NCBI GenBank assembly: GCA_000995965.1
Contig: LBYD01000001.1
Location: forward strand, 12,923-76,922
From: Candidatus Moranbacteria bacterium GW2011_GWC2_40_12
GTDB lineage: Bacteria > Patescibacteriota > Minisyncoccia > Moranbacterales > UBA11712
Direction of reading: 5' to 3'
DNA length: 64,000 bases
Within the stretch, counting starts at the first letter, position 1, and each line of letters starts with the position of its first letter. The notes beneath the pieces are model-generated. The model did no database searches. It was not told the DNA's origin and was given only the letters and a program-made list of their open reading frames with translations. Positions 8,920-20,242 of this stretch are shown here, in pieces. The position numbers were made by a program, and so were the translations under genes.

Positions 8920-9504
8920 ATGGCGAGCAAAAATTTTGGAAAAGAATATTTTCGTTCCGGTTCGTATGAAGACTATAAAAAAGAAGCCGAACGGTGGGTG
9001 CCAAAAACTGCCCGGAAAATAAATAAAATTATCAGCAATAAACCGGCGAAGATCTTGGATGTCGGGTGCGCGCATGGGTACTTGATTGCCGAGCTCCAGA
9101 ATAAACATGGACATAGCGTGCGAGGGGTTGATTATTCGCCGTATGCCGTCAAAAATTCAGAAAAATCCGTTCGGGGAAAAATAAAGAGAGGAAATATTCA
9201 AAAACTAAATTTTCGGAAAAATGAGTTTGATGCCGTGATTTGTTTGGATGTAATAAATTACCTGGAAGAAAATAATATCCCAAAAGCCATTCAAAATCTG
9301 GCGGGAGTCTCGAAGAAATACATTTTTTTTGGCGCGATATTCAAGCATTCCTGGACGGCGAGCCAAAAATGGAATCCGGACAAGTTTCGGAAAAGCGTCC
9401 TCGCGAAAAAAGAATACATTGAAATTTTCAAGAAATACGGAGCAAAGTTTGCGGAAAGTTTCGATGGGGAAAATGGAGGTTCAATACTAGTGCTAAAGAA
9501 GTAA
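8920..9504 (+). CDS. Class I SAM-dependent methyltransferase
   Basis: ILDVGCAHG, GVDYS, FDAVICLDVI. Confidence 0.85.
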   Translation: MASKNFGKEYFRSGSYEDYKKEAERWVPKTARKINKIISNKPAKILDVGCAHGYLIAELQNKHGHSVRGVDYSPYAVKNSEKSVRGKIKRGNIQKLNFRKNEFDAVICLDVINYLEENNIPKAIQNLAGVSKKYIFFGAIFKHSWTASQKWNPDKFRKSVLAKKEYIEIFKKYGAKFAESFDGENGGSILVLKK

Positions 9505-9522
9505 ATTTTGAAGATAACATAA

Positions 9523-10818
9523 ATGGCAAACGGCAACGGAGCGAAAAATTTCCTTTTTGTTTCCTGGATCGCCCTCAACGGCGATTTGGCCTGGAAAGTA
9601 AAAAAAGAAAACCATAACGTCAAATACTATATCGACGACAAAGAAGAAGCGGATGTCTATGACGGCCTTTTGGAAAAAGTGGACAAGTGGCGGGATCATA
9701 TCGGCTGGGCGGACGTGATTATTTTTGATGATACCGGATTCGGAGAAGAAGCGGAAAAACTCCGGAAAAAGGGGAAACTGGTTATCGGCGGGACGGTATA
9801 TACTGACCGGACGGAAGAAGACCGGGAATTCGGGCAGGGAGAAATGAAAAAATTCGGGATGAACATCCTGCCGAATTATAATTTCTCAAGCTTTGACGAA
9901 GCCATCGAATTTTTGAAAAAAAATCCCGGCCGCTATGTTTTCAAGCCCAATGGCAAGGCGGCGGATGAAAAAAATCTTCTTTTTATCGGTGAAGAGGACG
10001 ACGGGAAGGATATGATTGAAATTCTTGAAGACAACAAAGATTTTCTTTCCGGAAAAATTGAAAGTTTTCAGCTTCAAAAATTCGTAGCCGGGGTGGAGAT
10101 TGCGACTGGAGCCTTTTTCAACGGAAAAAAATTCGTCCATCCGATAAACATAAATTTTGAGCACAAAAGGCTTTTTCCGGGCGATCAGGGGCCTTTCACG
10201 GGCGATATGGGAGCGCTGATGTATTGGACGACTCCCAACGCGATCTATAACAATACTCTTCTTAAAATGGAAAGCGTGCTGGCTGAGCATGGCTATGTCG
10301 GCTACTATGACATAAACTGCATCGTGAACGGGCGGGGAATATACCCGCTCGAATTCACGGCCCGTTTCGGATATCCGACCATCAGCACGCAGGTGGAAGG
10401 AATCATCGAGCCGATGGGAGAGTTTCTTTTGAAATTGGCGCGGGGCGAAGATTTTGAAATCAAGACGAAAAGAGGCTTTCAAATCGGCGTGGTTTTGGCG
10501 GTTCCTCCTTATCCTTTCTTTAGCGAAGAAATATTTTCTGTCTATAAGGGATCTTCTATTCTGTTCAAAAACGAAGCGGCGATGGAAGGCATCAATTGGG
10601 GGGACGTGAAAATGACGGACGGAGTTTTGAAGTTGGCGGGGTCGTCCGGATACGCGCTCATTGTCACCGGTTCGGGAATCACGGTGGAGGACGCCCGGCG
10701 CCAAGCCTATAACCGGATAAAGAACATCCGGCTCCACGACATGTTTTTTCGCGTGGATATCGGCACAAGATGGTTTCAGGACAGCGATAAACTGCAGTCG
10801 TGGGGATACATACAATAA
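9523..10818 (+). CDS. PurD-like ATP-grasp ligase (divergent)
   Basis: YVFKP, EHKRLFPGDQGPFTGDMG, LEFTARFGYP, FFRVDIG resemble the PurD core; the canonical N-terminal GSGGREHA is absent. Confidence 0.75.
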   Translation: MANGNGAKNFLFVSWIALNGDLAWKVKKENHNVKYYIDDKEEADVYDGLLEKVDKWRDHIGWADVIIFDDTGFGEEAEKLRKKGKLVIGGTVYTDRTEEDREFGQGEMKKFGMNILPNYNFSSFDEAIEFLKKNPGRYVFKPNGKAADEKNLLFIGEEDDGKDMIEILEDNKDFLSGKIESFQLQKFVAGVEIATGAFFNGKKFVHPININFEHKRLFPGDQGPFTGDMGALMYWTTPNAIYNNTLLKMESVLAEHGYVGYYDINCIVNGRGIYPLEFTARFGYPTISTQVEGIIEPMGEFLLKLARGEDFEIKTKRGFQIGVVLAVPPYPFFSEEIFSVYKGSSILFKNEAAMEGINWGDVKMTDGVLKLAGSSGYALIVTGSGITVEDARRQAYNRIKNIRLHDMFFRVDIGTRWFQDSDKLQSWGYIQ

Positions 10819-10876
10819 ATGAAAAATTAAAAATTATTGTGTCGCGGAGCGACTTTACTATTAATACATTGAGAAT

Positions 10877-11395
10877 ATGATGCAAAATGTTCAAGTGTTG
10901 AAAATTACAAGAACTAAAGAAATAATTTTTTCTGCCGTTTTTACGGCGTTAGCGATTTATGCGCCGATGGTTGTCCATCACTTCGCGGGCGTGGACGGCG
11001 GGCGGAAATTTTTGCCGATGCCTTTTTTTGTTTTGCTCGCGGGGCTGACTCTCGGCTGGCGGGCGGGGATTGCAGCCGGACTCGCGAGCCCGGTTATAAG
11101 CTTCCTTCTTTCCGGAATGCCGATGCTCAATATTTTGCCGATTATTATCATACAGCTCTCCGCTTACGGTTTTTTGGCGGGGATATTGAAAGAAAAGTTC
11201 AACGGATTCATAGCACCTGCTGGCGCGATAGTTCTTGGCCTTATTTTGACCGGTTTTGCGGTTTTTTTATTTTCAGAAATGAATGCCGCGGCGTATGTTA
11301 TAAATGCCGTAAGGGATGGCTGGGTTGGAATTGCTCTCCAACTTCTTATTTTGCCGATTATTATAAAGTTTTCTAGAGATTATTTATTCGACTAA
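10877..11395 (+). CDS. ECF transporter S-component-like membrane protein
   Basis: ~5-6 TM; GRKFLPMPFFVLLAGLTLGWRAG..GL.SP..SFLLSGMP pattern. Confidence 0.75.
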   Translation: MMQNVQVLKITRTKEIIFSAVFTALAIYAPMVVHHFAGVDGGRKFLPMPFFVLLAGLTLGWRAGIAAGLASPVISFLLSGMPMLNILPIIIIQLSAYGFLAGILKEKFNGFIAPAGAIVLGLILTGFAVFLFSEMNAAAYVINAVRDGWVGIALQLLILPIIIKFSRDYLFD

Positions 11396-11447
11396 TTTTC
11401 AGGGTAGTCATTTTTATCTACGTGGATATAACTGACTACTTTTAATT

Positions 11448-11849
11448 ATGACTGTAAAATATAATCTCGAATACTTTTTTGAGAAATCCTGGTCTTTTGT
11501 TTTGATGAAAAACGGGAAAATCGTTTTCAAGTCAAAAGCGCAGCATCTCAAGCCTTTGATATTTTGCATCAAAAGACATAAAAAAGAAATGCGCGGGGCG
11601 GTTGTTTTTGATAAGATTATCGGACAAGCGGCGGCGATATTTCTTGTTTATGCCAAAGTTAAAGAAGTTTGGACACCAACCATCAGCCGGTCTGGAAAAG
11701 CCTGTCTTGAGAAGCATAATGTGAAAATTGACTACAAAAATCTCGTCAGTTGCATAAAGAACCGCAAAGGCGATGATCTCTGCCCGATGGAAAAAATGAG
11801 CCGAAAAATGACAAAAAAAGAGTTTATTGAAAAAAAATTGGAAAATTAG
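11448..11849 (+). CDS. DUF1893-like protein
   Basis: DKIIGQAAA and IKNRKGDDLCPMEK motifs; follows an ECF S gene. Confidence 0.75.
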   Translation: MTVKYNLEYFFEKSWSFVLMKNGKIVFKSKAQHLKPLIFCIKRHKKEMRGAVVFDKIIGQAAAIFLVYAKVKEVWTPTISRSGKACLEKHNVKIDYKNLVSCIKNRKGDDLCPMEKMSRKMTKKEFIEKKLEN

Positions 11850-11984
11850 TCAAAATTAACATTATACAAGCCAAAAAATAGCTTACAAAAAACCGCTTTT
11901 CGGGCTTGATTTTTTACTGAAAATTTGCTATTATACAATAGTGGAAAAAGATGCGAAATAAACACAAAATTTGCCTTGTAGCTG

Positions 11985-12026
11985 TCTAAGGCTAAGCCTT
12001 AGCAGTTTCTGAGGCTTAGCCTTAGA
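11985..12026. repeat. AAGGCTAAGCCTT-family inverted repeat
   Basis: TCTAAGGCTAAGCCT..AGGCTTAGCCTTAGA, ending 1 nt before ATG 12028. Confidence 0.9.
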
Positions 12027-12027
12027 A

Positions 12028-12396
12028 ATGACAGTCCGAACCTACCTTTGGGGAATGCGCCTCAGCACTCTTGCGGCGTTGGCCGCCTTGGGGGCAGTTC
12101 TATATTATGTTGATCCTGTCCGGGATGGAATTCTGGGAAGAGTGCTTTTCTATGTAAGCTTATTTTTCTCAATTACGGGAATGGCCACTCTTTTTTTATT
12201 TTGGGTCCGAAGACGATGGAATGTGAATGAAGTGGTCTACCAAAATGTCGGATTGAGTTTCCGCCAGGGAATGCTCGTGGCTTTCGCTGTTTGCGGAATG
12301 TTTGCCCTTCAAAGTTTCCGGCTTCTTGTCTGGTGGGACGCGGGGATAGTGATTGCGGGAATTCTGCTAATTGAATTGTGGTTTTTATCTAGATAA
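12028..12396 (+). CDS. Hypothetical 4-TM membrane protein
   Basis: Four hydrophobic segments; SFRQG..LQ..RLLVWW motif. Confidence 0.8.
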   Translation: MTVRTYLWGMRLSTLAALAALGAVLYYVDPVRDGILGRVLFYVSLFFSITGMATLFLFWVRRRWNVNEVVYQNVGLSFRQGMLVAFAVCGMFALQSFRLLVWWDAGIVIAGILLIELWFLSR

Positions 12397-12402
12397 TTTC
12401 AA

Positions 12403-14573
<2,171 letters not shown>

Positions 14574-14748
14574 TCCACTAGAAAATTCGGTTTCCAATTG
14601 AGAGATTTCATTGAAAAATGGCCATTTCAAGGCTTTTTTTTGTTGTGCTAAGTTCGACTATTGACTAAATTCCTAAAATATGCTAACATTACAAGTTGTC
14701 AATGAAGCCTTATTGGCAATGTTCCTAAAAATCAATTGGAGGTGCGAG

Positions 14749-15114
14749 ATGAAACAAGAACATCTCGAAAATTTACTTTGTCCGTCGTCAGTTTCACTCA
14801 TTGGGGATTTGAAAGGTTTTTGCGAAGATTTACGCAAAGCTTTGAAATCCGAAAAGCAGCGCGAAGACCTGGAAGCTCTCGGTATTGTGTATACCGAACC
14901 GGAGTGCCTGGAAGAGGACTGGGATGACCAGACAACGACCATGGCATCATATTGCTTCAATGATTTCTGGACTTATCCCGAAATTTTTGAGGATATGCTG
15001 GAGCTTCTGGATAGCTACAGATGGGGTGACCATGAATTTTACAGGTTGCCTTATCCTGGCCGGGACATTCTATTTGTTACCGAATATGGCGGACCGAAGT
15101 TGCTTTCGCTGTAA
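14749..15114 (+). CDS. Hypothetical acidic protein
   Basis: GGAGG SD before ATG 14749; TTGACT-N17-TAACAT promoter at 14661-14689. Confidence 0.65.
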   Translation: MKQEHLENLLCPSSVSLIGDLKGFCEDLRKALKSEKQREDLEALGIVYTEPECLEEDWDDQTTTMASYCFNDFWTYPEIFEDMLELLDSYRWGDHEFYRLPYPGRDILFVTEYGGPKLLSL

Positions 15115-15327
15115 GAAATACCTCGTGAAGAAAATTTGTTCTTTGATTTAGAAAAGGATAGTTTAGAACATAGCTCGAATGGATTTAAAAATCACGATTA
15201 TTACTTTACCGTCACTATGCTTAGAGGCGGTCTTTTTTTTGCCCGTTTGACACAATTTAATTCGTATTATAAGATATGAGCAGATAAAAAAGCCCCAAAG
15301 GCTTTTTAAAAAAGGCTCAACAGGGAA

Positions 15328-15372
15328 TCCTGAGACTAAGTCTTGGGAATTTCCCAAGACTTAGTCTCAGGA
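15328..15372. repeat. Perfect 22-bp inverted repeat
   Basis: TCCTGAGACTAAGTCTTGGGAA-T-TTCCCAAGACTTAGTCTCAGGA, 4 nt before the secE ATG. Confidence 0.9.
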
Positions 15373-15376
15373 AACA

Positions 15377-15562
15377 ATGAACAAGCTTTGGACATTCACC
15401 AAAGAATCCCGCGCGGAGCTTCGGAAAGTCAATTGGCCCACCCGCGCGCAGACAATCAAATTCACCGGTGTTGTGATCGGAGTGAGTTTGGGAGTGGCGG
15501 TATTTCTTGGAGCACTCGATTATTTTTTTGAATATTTATCGAGAACGTTTATTGTGAAGTAG
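15377..15562 (+). CDS. secE: Preprotein translocase SecE
   Basis: ELRKVNWPTR plus one TM; upstream of nusG. Confidence 0.95.
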   Translation: MNKLWTFTKESRAELRKVNWPTRAQTIKFTGVVIGVSLGVAVFLGALDYFFEYLSRTFIVK

Positions 15563-15651
15563 ATTTACGAATTACGAATCTCTTACGAATATACGAATAA
15601 AATTCGTAATTAGTATATTCGTAGAGCGAAGCGTATTCGTAATTCGTAATA
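15563..15651. repeat. TACGAAT heptamer inverted element (empty-site allele)
   Basis: TTTACGAATTACGAATCTCTTACGAATATACGAAT..ATTCGTAATTCGTAAT. Confidence 0.9.
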
Positions 15652-15656
15652 AGTTC

Positions 15657-16202
15657 ATGGCGAAGCAAACCCAACATCACGGCCGCGCCTGGTATGCGAT
15701 TCACACCTATTCCGGATATGAAGACAACGTGGCCAAAAATTTGAAACAGAGGATCGAATCACTTGATATGCAGGATCGAATTTTCGACGTGATGGTTCCC
15801 AAGGAAAAAAAGATAAAGATCAAAAGCGGCAAGCGGTCGGTTATCGAAGAAAGAATTTTTCCGGGATATGTTCTCGTAGAAATGGTGGTGACGGATGATT
15901 CATGGTATGTGGTCCGCAATACTCCTAATGTCACAGGTTTCATAGGGATCGGAACGACTCCAACGCCGATTGCCCAGCAGGAAATCGACCAAATGAAAAA
16001 AAGGATGGGTGTTTCCGAGCCGAAATACAAGATTGATGTTTTGCGCGGCGACGCGGTGAAAATTGTTGACGGGCCATTCAAAGAATTTGACGGGAAAGTT
16101 GACGAGATTGACGAAGCCCGCGGGAAAATAAAAGTTCTGGTCTCGATATTTGGGCGGGAAACTCCGGTGGAACTCGATTTTTTGCAGATAAAGAAGATAT
16201 AA
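15657..16202 (+). CDS. nusG: Transcription factor NusG
   Basis: WYAIHTYSGYE, FPGYVLVEM, VRNTPNVTGF, KOW domain, FGRETPVEL. Confidence 0.98.
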   Translation: MAKQTQHHGRAWYAIHTYSGYEDNVAKNLKQRIESLDMQDRIFDVMVPKEKKIKIKSGKRSVIEERIFPGYVLVEMVVTDDSWYVVRNTPNVTGFIGIGTTPTPIAQQEIDQMKKRMGVSEPKYKIDVLRGDAVKIVDGPFKEFDGKVDEIDEARGKIKVLVSIFGRETPVELDFLQIKKI

Positions 16203-16205
16203 ATA

Positions 16206-16302
16206 ACTCGCGAATTAAGTAGCGAATCGAAAGCGAATATGAGCGAACTTTCTAAAATGATTAGCTCTAAATTTGCGATTAATTAGCTATTCATTAGCGA
16301 GT
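16206..16302. repeat. GCGAAT/ATTAGC 9-nt-period inverted element
   Basis: CGCGAAT..AGCGAAT..AGCGAAT..AGCGAAC facing ATTAGC repeats; termini ACTCGC..GCGAGT. Confidence 0.7.
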
Positions 16303-16309
16303 AGTTATT

Positions 16310-16732
16310 ATGGCAAAGAAAATTAAAACAATTGTCAAACTTCAAATCAAAGCCGGACAGGCCAATCCTGCTCCTCCGGTCGGGCCGGCTTTGGGACAGC
16401 ACGGGCTCAATATCCAGGATTTTTGCCTGAAGTTCAACGAAGCCACGAAAGATAAAATGGGGGATGTGATTCCGGTCGAGATAACCGTCTATGAAGACAG
16501 AAGTTTTGATTTTGTTCTCAAAACTCCTCCAGCTGCCGAACTTCTCAAAAAGGCCGCCAAAATTGAAAAAGGTGCGTCTGATCCCCTGAAACAAAAAGTG
16601 GGAACAGTGACCAAAGAACAAGTCCGCAAAATTGCCGAGACGAAGATGGTCGATCTCAATGCGAATGACGTCCAGCAGGCGATGAAAATCATTGAGGGAA
16701 CGGCCAGGAGCATGGGGATTAAAGTTGAGTAA
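16310..16732 (+). CDS. rplK: 50S ribosomal protein L11
   Basis: [29 protein letters not shown]. Confidence 0.99.
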   Translation: MAKKIKTIVKLQIKAGQANPAPPVGPALGQHGLNIQDFCLKFNEATKDKMGDVIPVEITVYEDRSFDFVLKTPPAAELLKKAAKIEKGASDPLKQKVGTVTKEQVRKIAETKMVDLNANDVQQAMKIIEGTARSMGIKVE

Positions 16733-16736
16733 TAAT

Positions 16737-16864
16737 TTTACGAATTACGAATCTCTTACGAATATACGAATCAAAAAATATTCGTAATCAGTACATTCGC
16801 AGAGTGAAGCGCCCGCCTGCAACGCTTTGCGCAGCAATGCGGGCAGGTATTCGTAATTCGTAAA
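16737..16864. repeat. TACGAAT element carrying a nested 36-bp GC-rich hairpin (16812-16847)
   Basis: Matches the 15563 element except for the 36-bp insert. Confidence 0.9.
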
Positions 16865-16872
16865 GAGATATC

Positions 16873-17517
16873 ATGGAAAAATCAGAAAGTATGCAATTAT
16901 CAATAACCGACGCTATCGCTGAAGTCAAAAAATCAGCGGTCGCCAAATTTGACGAGTCTGTTGAGGCGCATGTTCGCTTGGCGATCGATCCGAAGAAATC
17001 GGACCAGCAGGTGCGCGGCGTGGCTGAGCTTCCGCACGGGACGGGAAAGAAAAAGAAGATCGCTGTTTTCACAACGACGCAAAAGAAAGAAGCCGAAGAA
17101 GCGGGTGCGGATCTGGTCGGCGGTGAAGAGCTAATCGACAAAGTGAAATCTTCCGGAAAGATTGACGCTGACATTGCCGTTGCCACGCCTGAAATGATGC
17201 CGAAATTGGCGACAATAGCCAAAATTCTCGGTCCCAAGGGCTTGATGCCAAATCCTAAGAACAAAACGGTCACTCCCAAAGTAAAAGAAATCATTGAGGC
17301 GCTCAAAAAAGGGCGGGCTGATTTCAAAAATGACGATTCCGGAAATATCCATCAAGTCATCGGAAAAAAATCATTTGAAAACGTGAAACTCGAAGAAAAT
17401 TTCAAAGTATTTTTGGAGGCGCTCCGGAAATCAAAACCGGAGGGAGTCAAAGGAAAATTCATTAAAAGTGTTTCGATCTGCTCAACGATGGGAAAATCAG
17501 TCAAAATAAGCCAATAA
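16873..17517 (+). CDS. rplA: 50S ribosomal protein L1
   Basis: KFDESVE, VRG..LPHGTGK, LGPKGLMPNPK, STMG. Confidence 0.98.
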   Translation: MEKSESMQLSITDAIAEVKKSAVAKFDESVEAHVRLAIDPKKSDQQVRGVAELPHGTGKKKKIAVFTTTQKKEAEEAGADLVGGEELIDKVKSSGKIDADIAVATPEMMPKLATIAKILGPKGLMPNPKNKTVTPKVKEIIEALKKGRADFKNDDSGNIHQVIGKKSFENVKLEENFKVFLEALRKSKPEGVKGKFIKSVSICSTMGKSVKISQ

Positions 17518-17547
17518 TGAAGCAATATTTTCTTTATTTGATAAGGG

Positions 17548-17576
17548 TTGACATTGTTTTCAAAAAATTATAGTAT
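17548..17576 (+). promoter_or_regulatory. Sigma70 promoter upstream of the 23S-5S operon
   Basis: TTGACA-N17-TAGTAT. Confidence 0.8.
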
Positions 17577-17684
17577 TACAAAGCGAAACAAAACTAATCC
17601 TTAGGCATTCTAAATGAGAAAATTTGTTGTCAGTCTAATAATAAGAAGCGGATAAACTTTTGCGTTTTTCTTTTGCGCTCGAGC

Positions 17685-17713
17685 CCGCTTCACTGGAAGC
17701 GGTTTTTGTTTTT
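17685..17713 (+). terminator. Intrinsic terminator in the rRNA leader
   Basis: CCGCTTC-ACTG-GAAGCGG followed by TTTTTGTTTTT. Confidence 0.65.
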
Positions 17714-17835
17714 AGGTTACGAATTACGAAGCTATCACGAATATACGAATTACGAGTTTTTAGCGCCGAGACGTTGGCTTATAAAAGTTATAATTCAACG
17801 TTTCCGTGCTAAAGGGAACTTTGACAATTTATGTA

Positions 17836-17871
17836 CCCGCCTGCAACGCTTTGCGAAGCAATGCGGGCAGG
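17836..17871. repeat. 36-bp GC-rich hairpin element
   Basis: One mismatch to 16812-16847; follows a boxA-like AACTTTGACAAT. Confidence 0.9.
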
Positions 17872-18586
17872 GGTGAAGCTGAAATTATGTTTTGATTCCA
17901 AGTCGGCGCGGGAAAATCCAAGCATAAGCCAAACAGCTTCAAAATATGGCGATTAGCATCAATTTAGTGGTTGCTAATTGCTGGTCTGTATCGTTCGCAC
18001 TCAAATGCGAGCGATGCAATTGCGATAGAGCGGTATTCATGAAGGGCGTATGGTGGATGCCTTGACTCAAGTGAGCGATGAAGGACGTAGCGATCTGCGA
18101 TAAGCCTCGGGGAGCTGATGAGCAAGCTTTGATCCGGGGATTTCCGAATGCGGCAACGCATCTCGATTCATATCGGGATATTACTGTCTGAATTCATAGG
18201 ACAGTGAAGCGTACCCAGGGAACTGAAACATCTTAGTACCTGGAGGAAAATAAATCCAAAAGATTCCGTCAGTAGTGGCGAGCGAAAGCGGAGAAGCCTA
18301 AACCGTTTCACTTCGGTGAAGCGGGGTTGCGAGATAATAACGTCCTATCTTGTAAAACGTTGAATATAGTTGTCAGCGTTTTACTCGACGGGAGTGAAGT
18401 TACAAATTGTTTTGTTAGCTGAACAATTCTGGAAAGTGAGACCAAAGAGGGTAATAGTCCCGTAAGCGAAAACGAAACAACTTTATTGTTATTATTCTCA
18501 AGTAAGGCGGGACCGGAGAAATCCCGTCTGAAGCCGGGGCCACTATAGCTCCAAGGCTAAATATCACTTGAGATCGATAGCGAACT

Positions 18587-18617
<31 letters not shown>

Positions 18618-18744
18618 GATGAGGGGAGTGAAATAGAACTGAAACCATATGCTTACGTAGAGTTGGAGCCCCGACGCAAGTCGGGGTGACAGCGTGCTTT
18701 TTGCAGAACGAGCCAACGAGTTAATTTTATGCGGCAAGTTTAAC

Positions 18745-18960
18745 CCAGCATTGAATTTATAAAGTAAAAAACTTTAAGGAGGTTCCACAGTGGGAGACAA
18801 AAAGGAAATGAAATTATGGTTAATCATCCTTAGTTGTCCCTTTTTATGGTATATGGCAATAGCTTTAATATTGTCATATTTCTAAAGATAGAGGATCTCT
18901 ACGGCGTGGCGTGCGGAAATACTTCGTGCGCCCGCCGCAACTTTATAAGTTTGATGCTGG
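18745..18960 (+). other. Intervening sequence in 23S helix ~H28 (E. coli ~610-617)
   Basis: Lies between AAGTTTAACC and GGGAAAACGTAGTGAAAGCGAG; closed by a ~21-bp stem CCAGCATTGAATTTATAAAGT / ACTTTATAAGTTTGATGCTGG; no group I core. Confidence 0.85.
18790..18885 (+). CDS. Putative 31-aa single-TM peptide inside the IVS
   Basis: AAGGAGGT-N6-GTG; MGDKKEMKLWLIILSCPFLWYMAIALILSYF*. Confidence 0.6.
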   Translation: MGDKKEMKLWLIILSCPFLWYMAIALILSYF

Positions 18961-20242
18961 GGAAAACGTAGTGAAAGCGAGGCTTAATCGCCGAAAATAA
19001 GTCGCATGGATTAGACCCGAAGCCGGGCGAGCTACATATGAGCAGGGTGAACGCAGAGTAACATCTGCGGGAGGCCCGAACCCACGCGCCGTACAACACG
19101 CGGGGATGACTTGTGTGTAGAGGAGAAATTCCAATCGAGCTCGGCCATAGCTGGTTCTTCCCGAAATAGCTTGAGGGCTAGCGTCGGATAAATGATCACA
19201 GGAGGTAGAGCTACTGAATGAGGGATCGTGGAGCAATCCTAGGTCTCTCAACCAAACTCCGAATGCCTGATGATTTTATCCCGACAGTCAGAACGTGGGG
19301 GCTAAGCTTCACGTTCGAGAGGGAAACAGCCCAGATCGCAGTCTAAGGTCCCTAAATCTATGTTAAGTGGTAAAGGAAGTGAAGTCTCCGAGACACCTAG
19401 GAGGTTGGCTCAGAAGCAGCCATCCTTTAAAGAGTGCGTAACAGCTCACTAGTCTAGAGATTTCGCGCCGAAAATTCAACGGGGCTCAAACATAGTACCG
19501 AAGACGCGGACTCCAGCGCTTGCGCTGGTTTGGTAGGGAAGTGTCCTCATCTGCTGCGAAGCGGAAGGCGTGAGCCACCGTGGAGCGTTGAGGAGTAAGA
19601 ATGTTGGCATGAGTAACCGCAATGTGAGTGAGAACCTCACACGCCGAAAGTCCAAGGTTTCCTGGGCAATGTCGATCAACCCAGGGTTAGGCGGTCCTAA
19701 GGCGAGGCCGAAAGGCGTAGTCGATGGACAGCCGGTTAATATTCCGGCCCCGCAATATTATTCGATGGAGTGACGTACTCTAGTAGTCTCTGCCCCTTAT
19801 TGGATTGGGGTAGGCGCATTGAGGACGTTCGCGAGGAAAATCCCGCGAGCACAAATCCAAGATGCGACTGGAAGTCCGATTTATCGGGCGAACGGAGATG
19901 AGCAGGGTACCAGGAAAAACTTCTAAGGTTAATAATATTGCGTCCGTACTTAAAACCGACACAGGTGGACAGGGCGAGTAGCCCAAGGCGAACGGGAGAA
20001 CCCTCGTTAAGGAACTCGGCAAAACAACTAGACGTAACTTCGGGAGATGTCTTCCCCGACGCAAGTCGGGGTGCAATTAAAGATTCCAAGCGACTGTTTA
20101 TCAAAAACACAGGTCTCCGCAAACCCGCAAGGGGAAGTATGGGGGCTGACGCCTGACCAGTGCTGGAACGTTAACGGGAGCGGTGCAAGCCAATCCCCGA
20201 AGCGCCAGTGAACGTCAGCGATAACTATAATCGTTCTAAGGT

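Noticed and set aside
15563-16864. TACGAAT arrays as a CRISPR array
   Set aside because: No constant repeat with unique spacers, and no cas genes.
18340-18400. Extra hairpin in 23S domain I
   Set aside because: Short, and in a naturally variable region.
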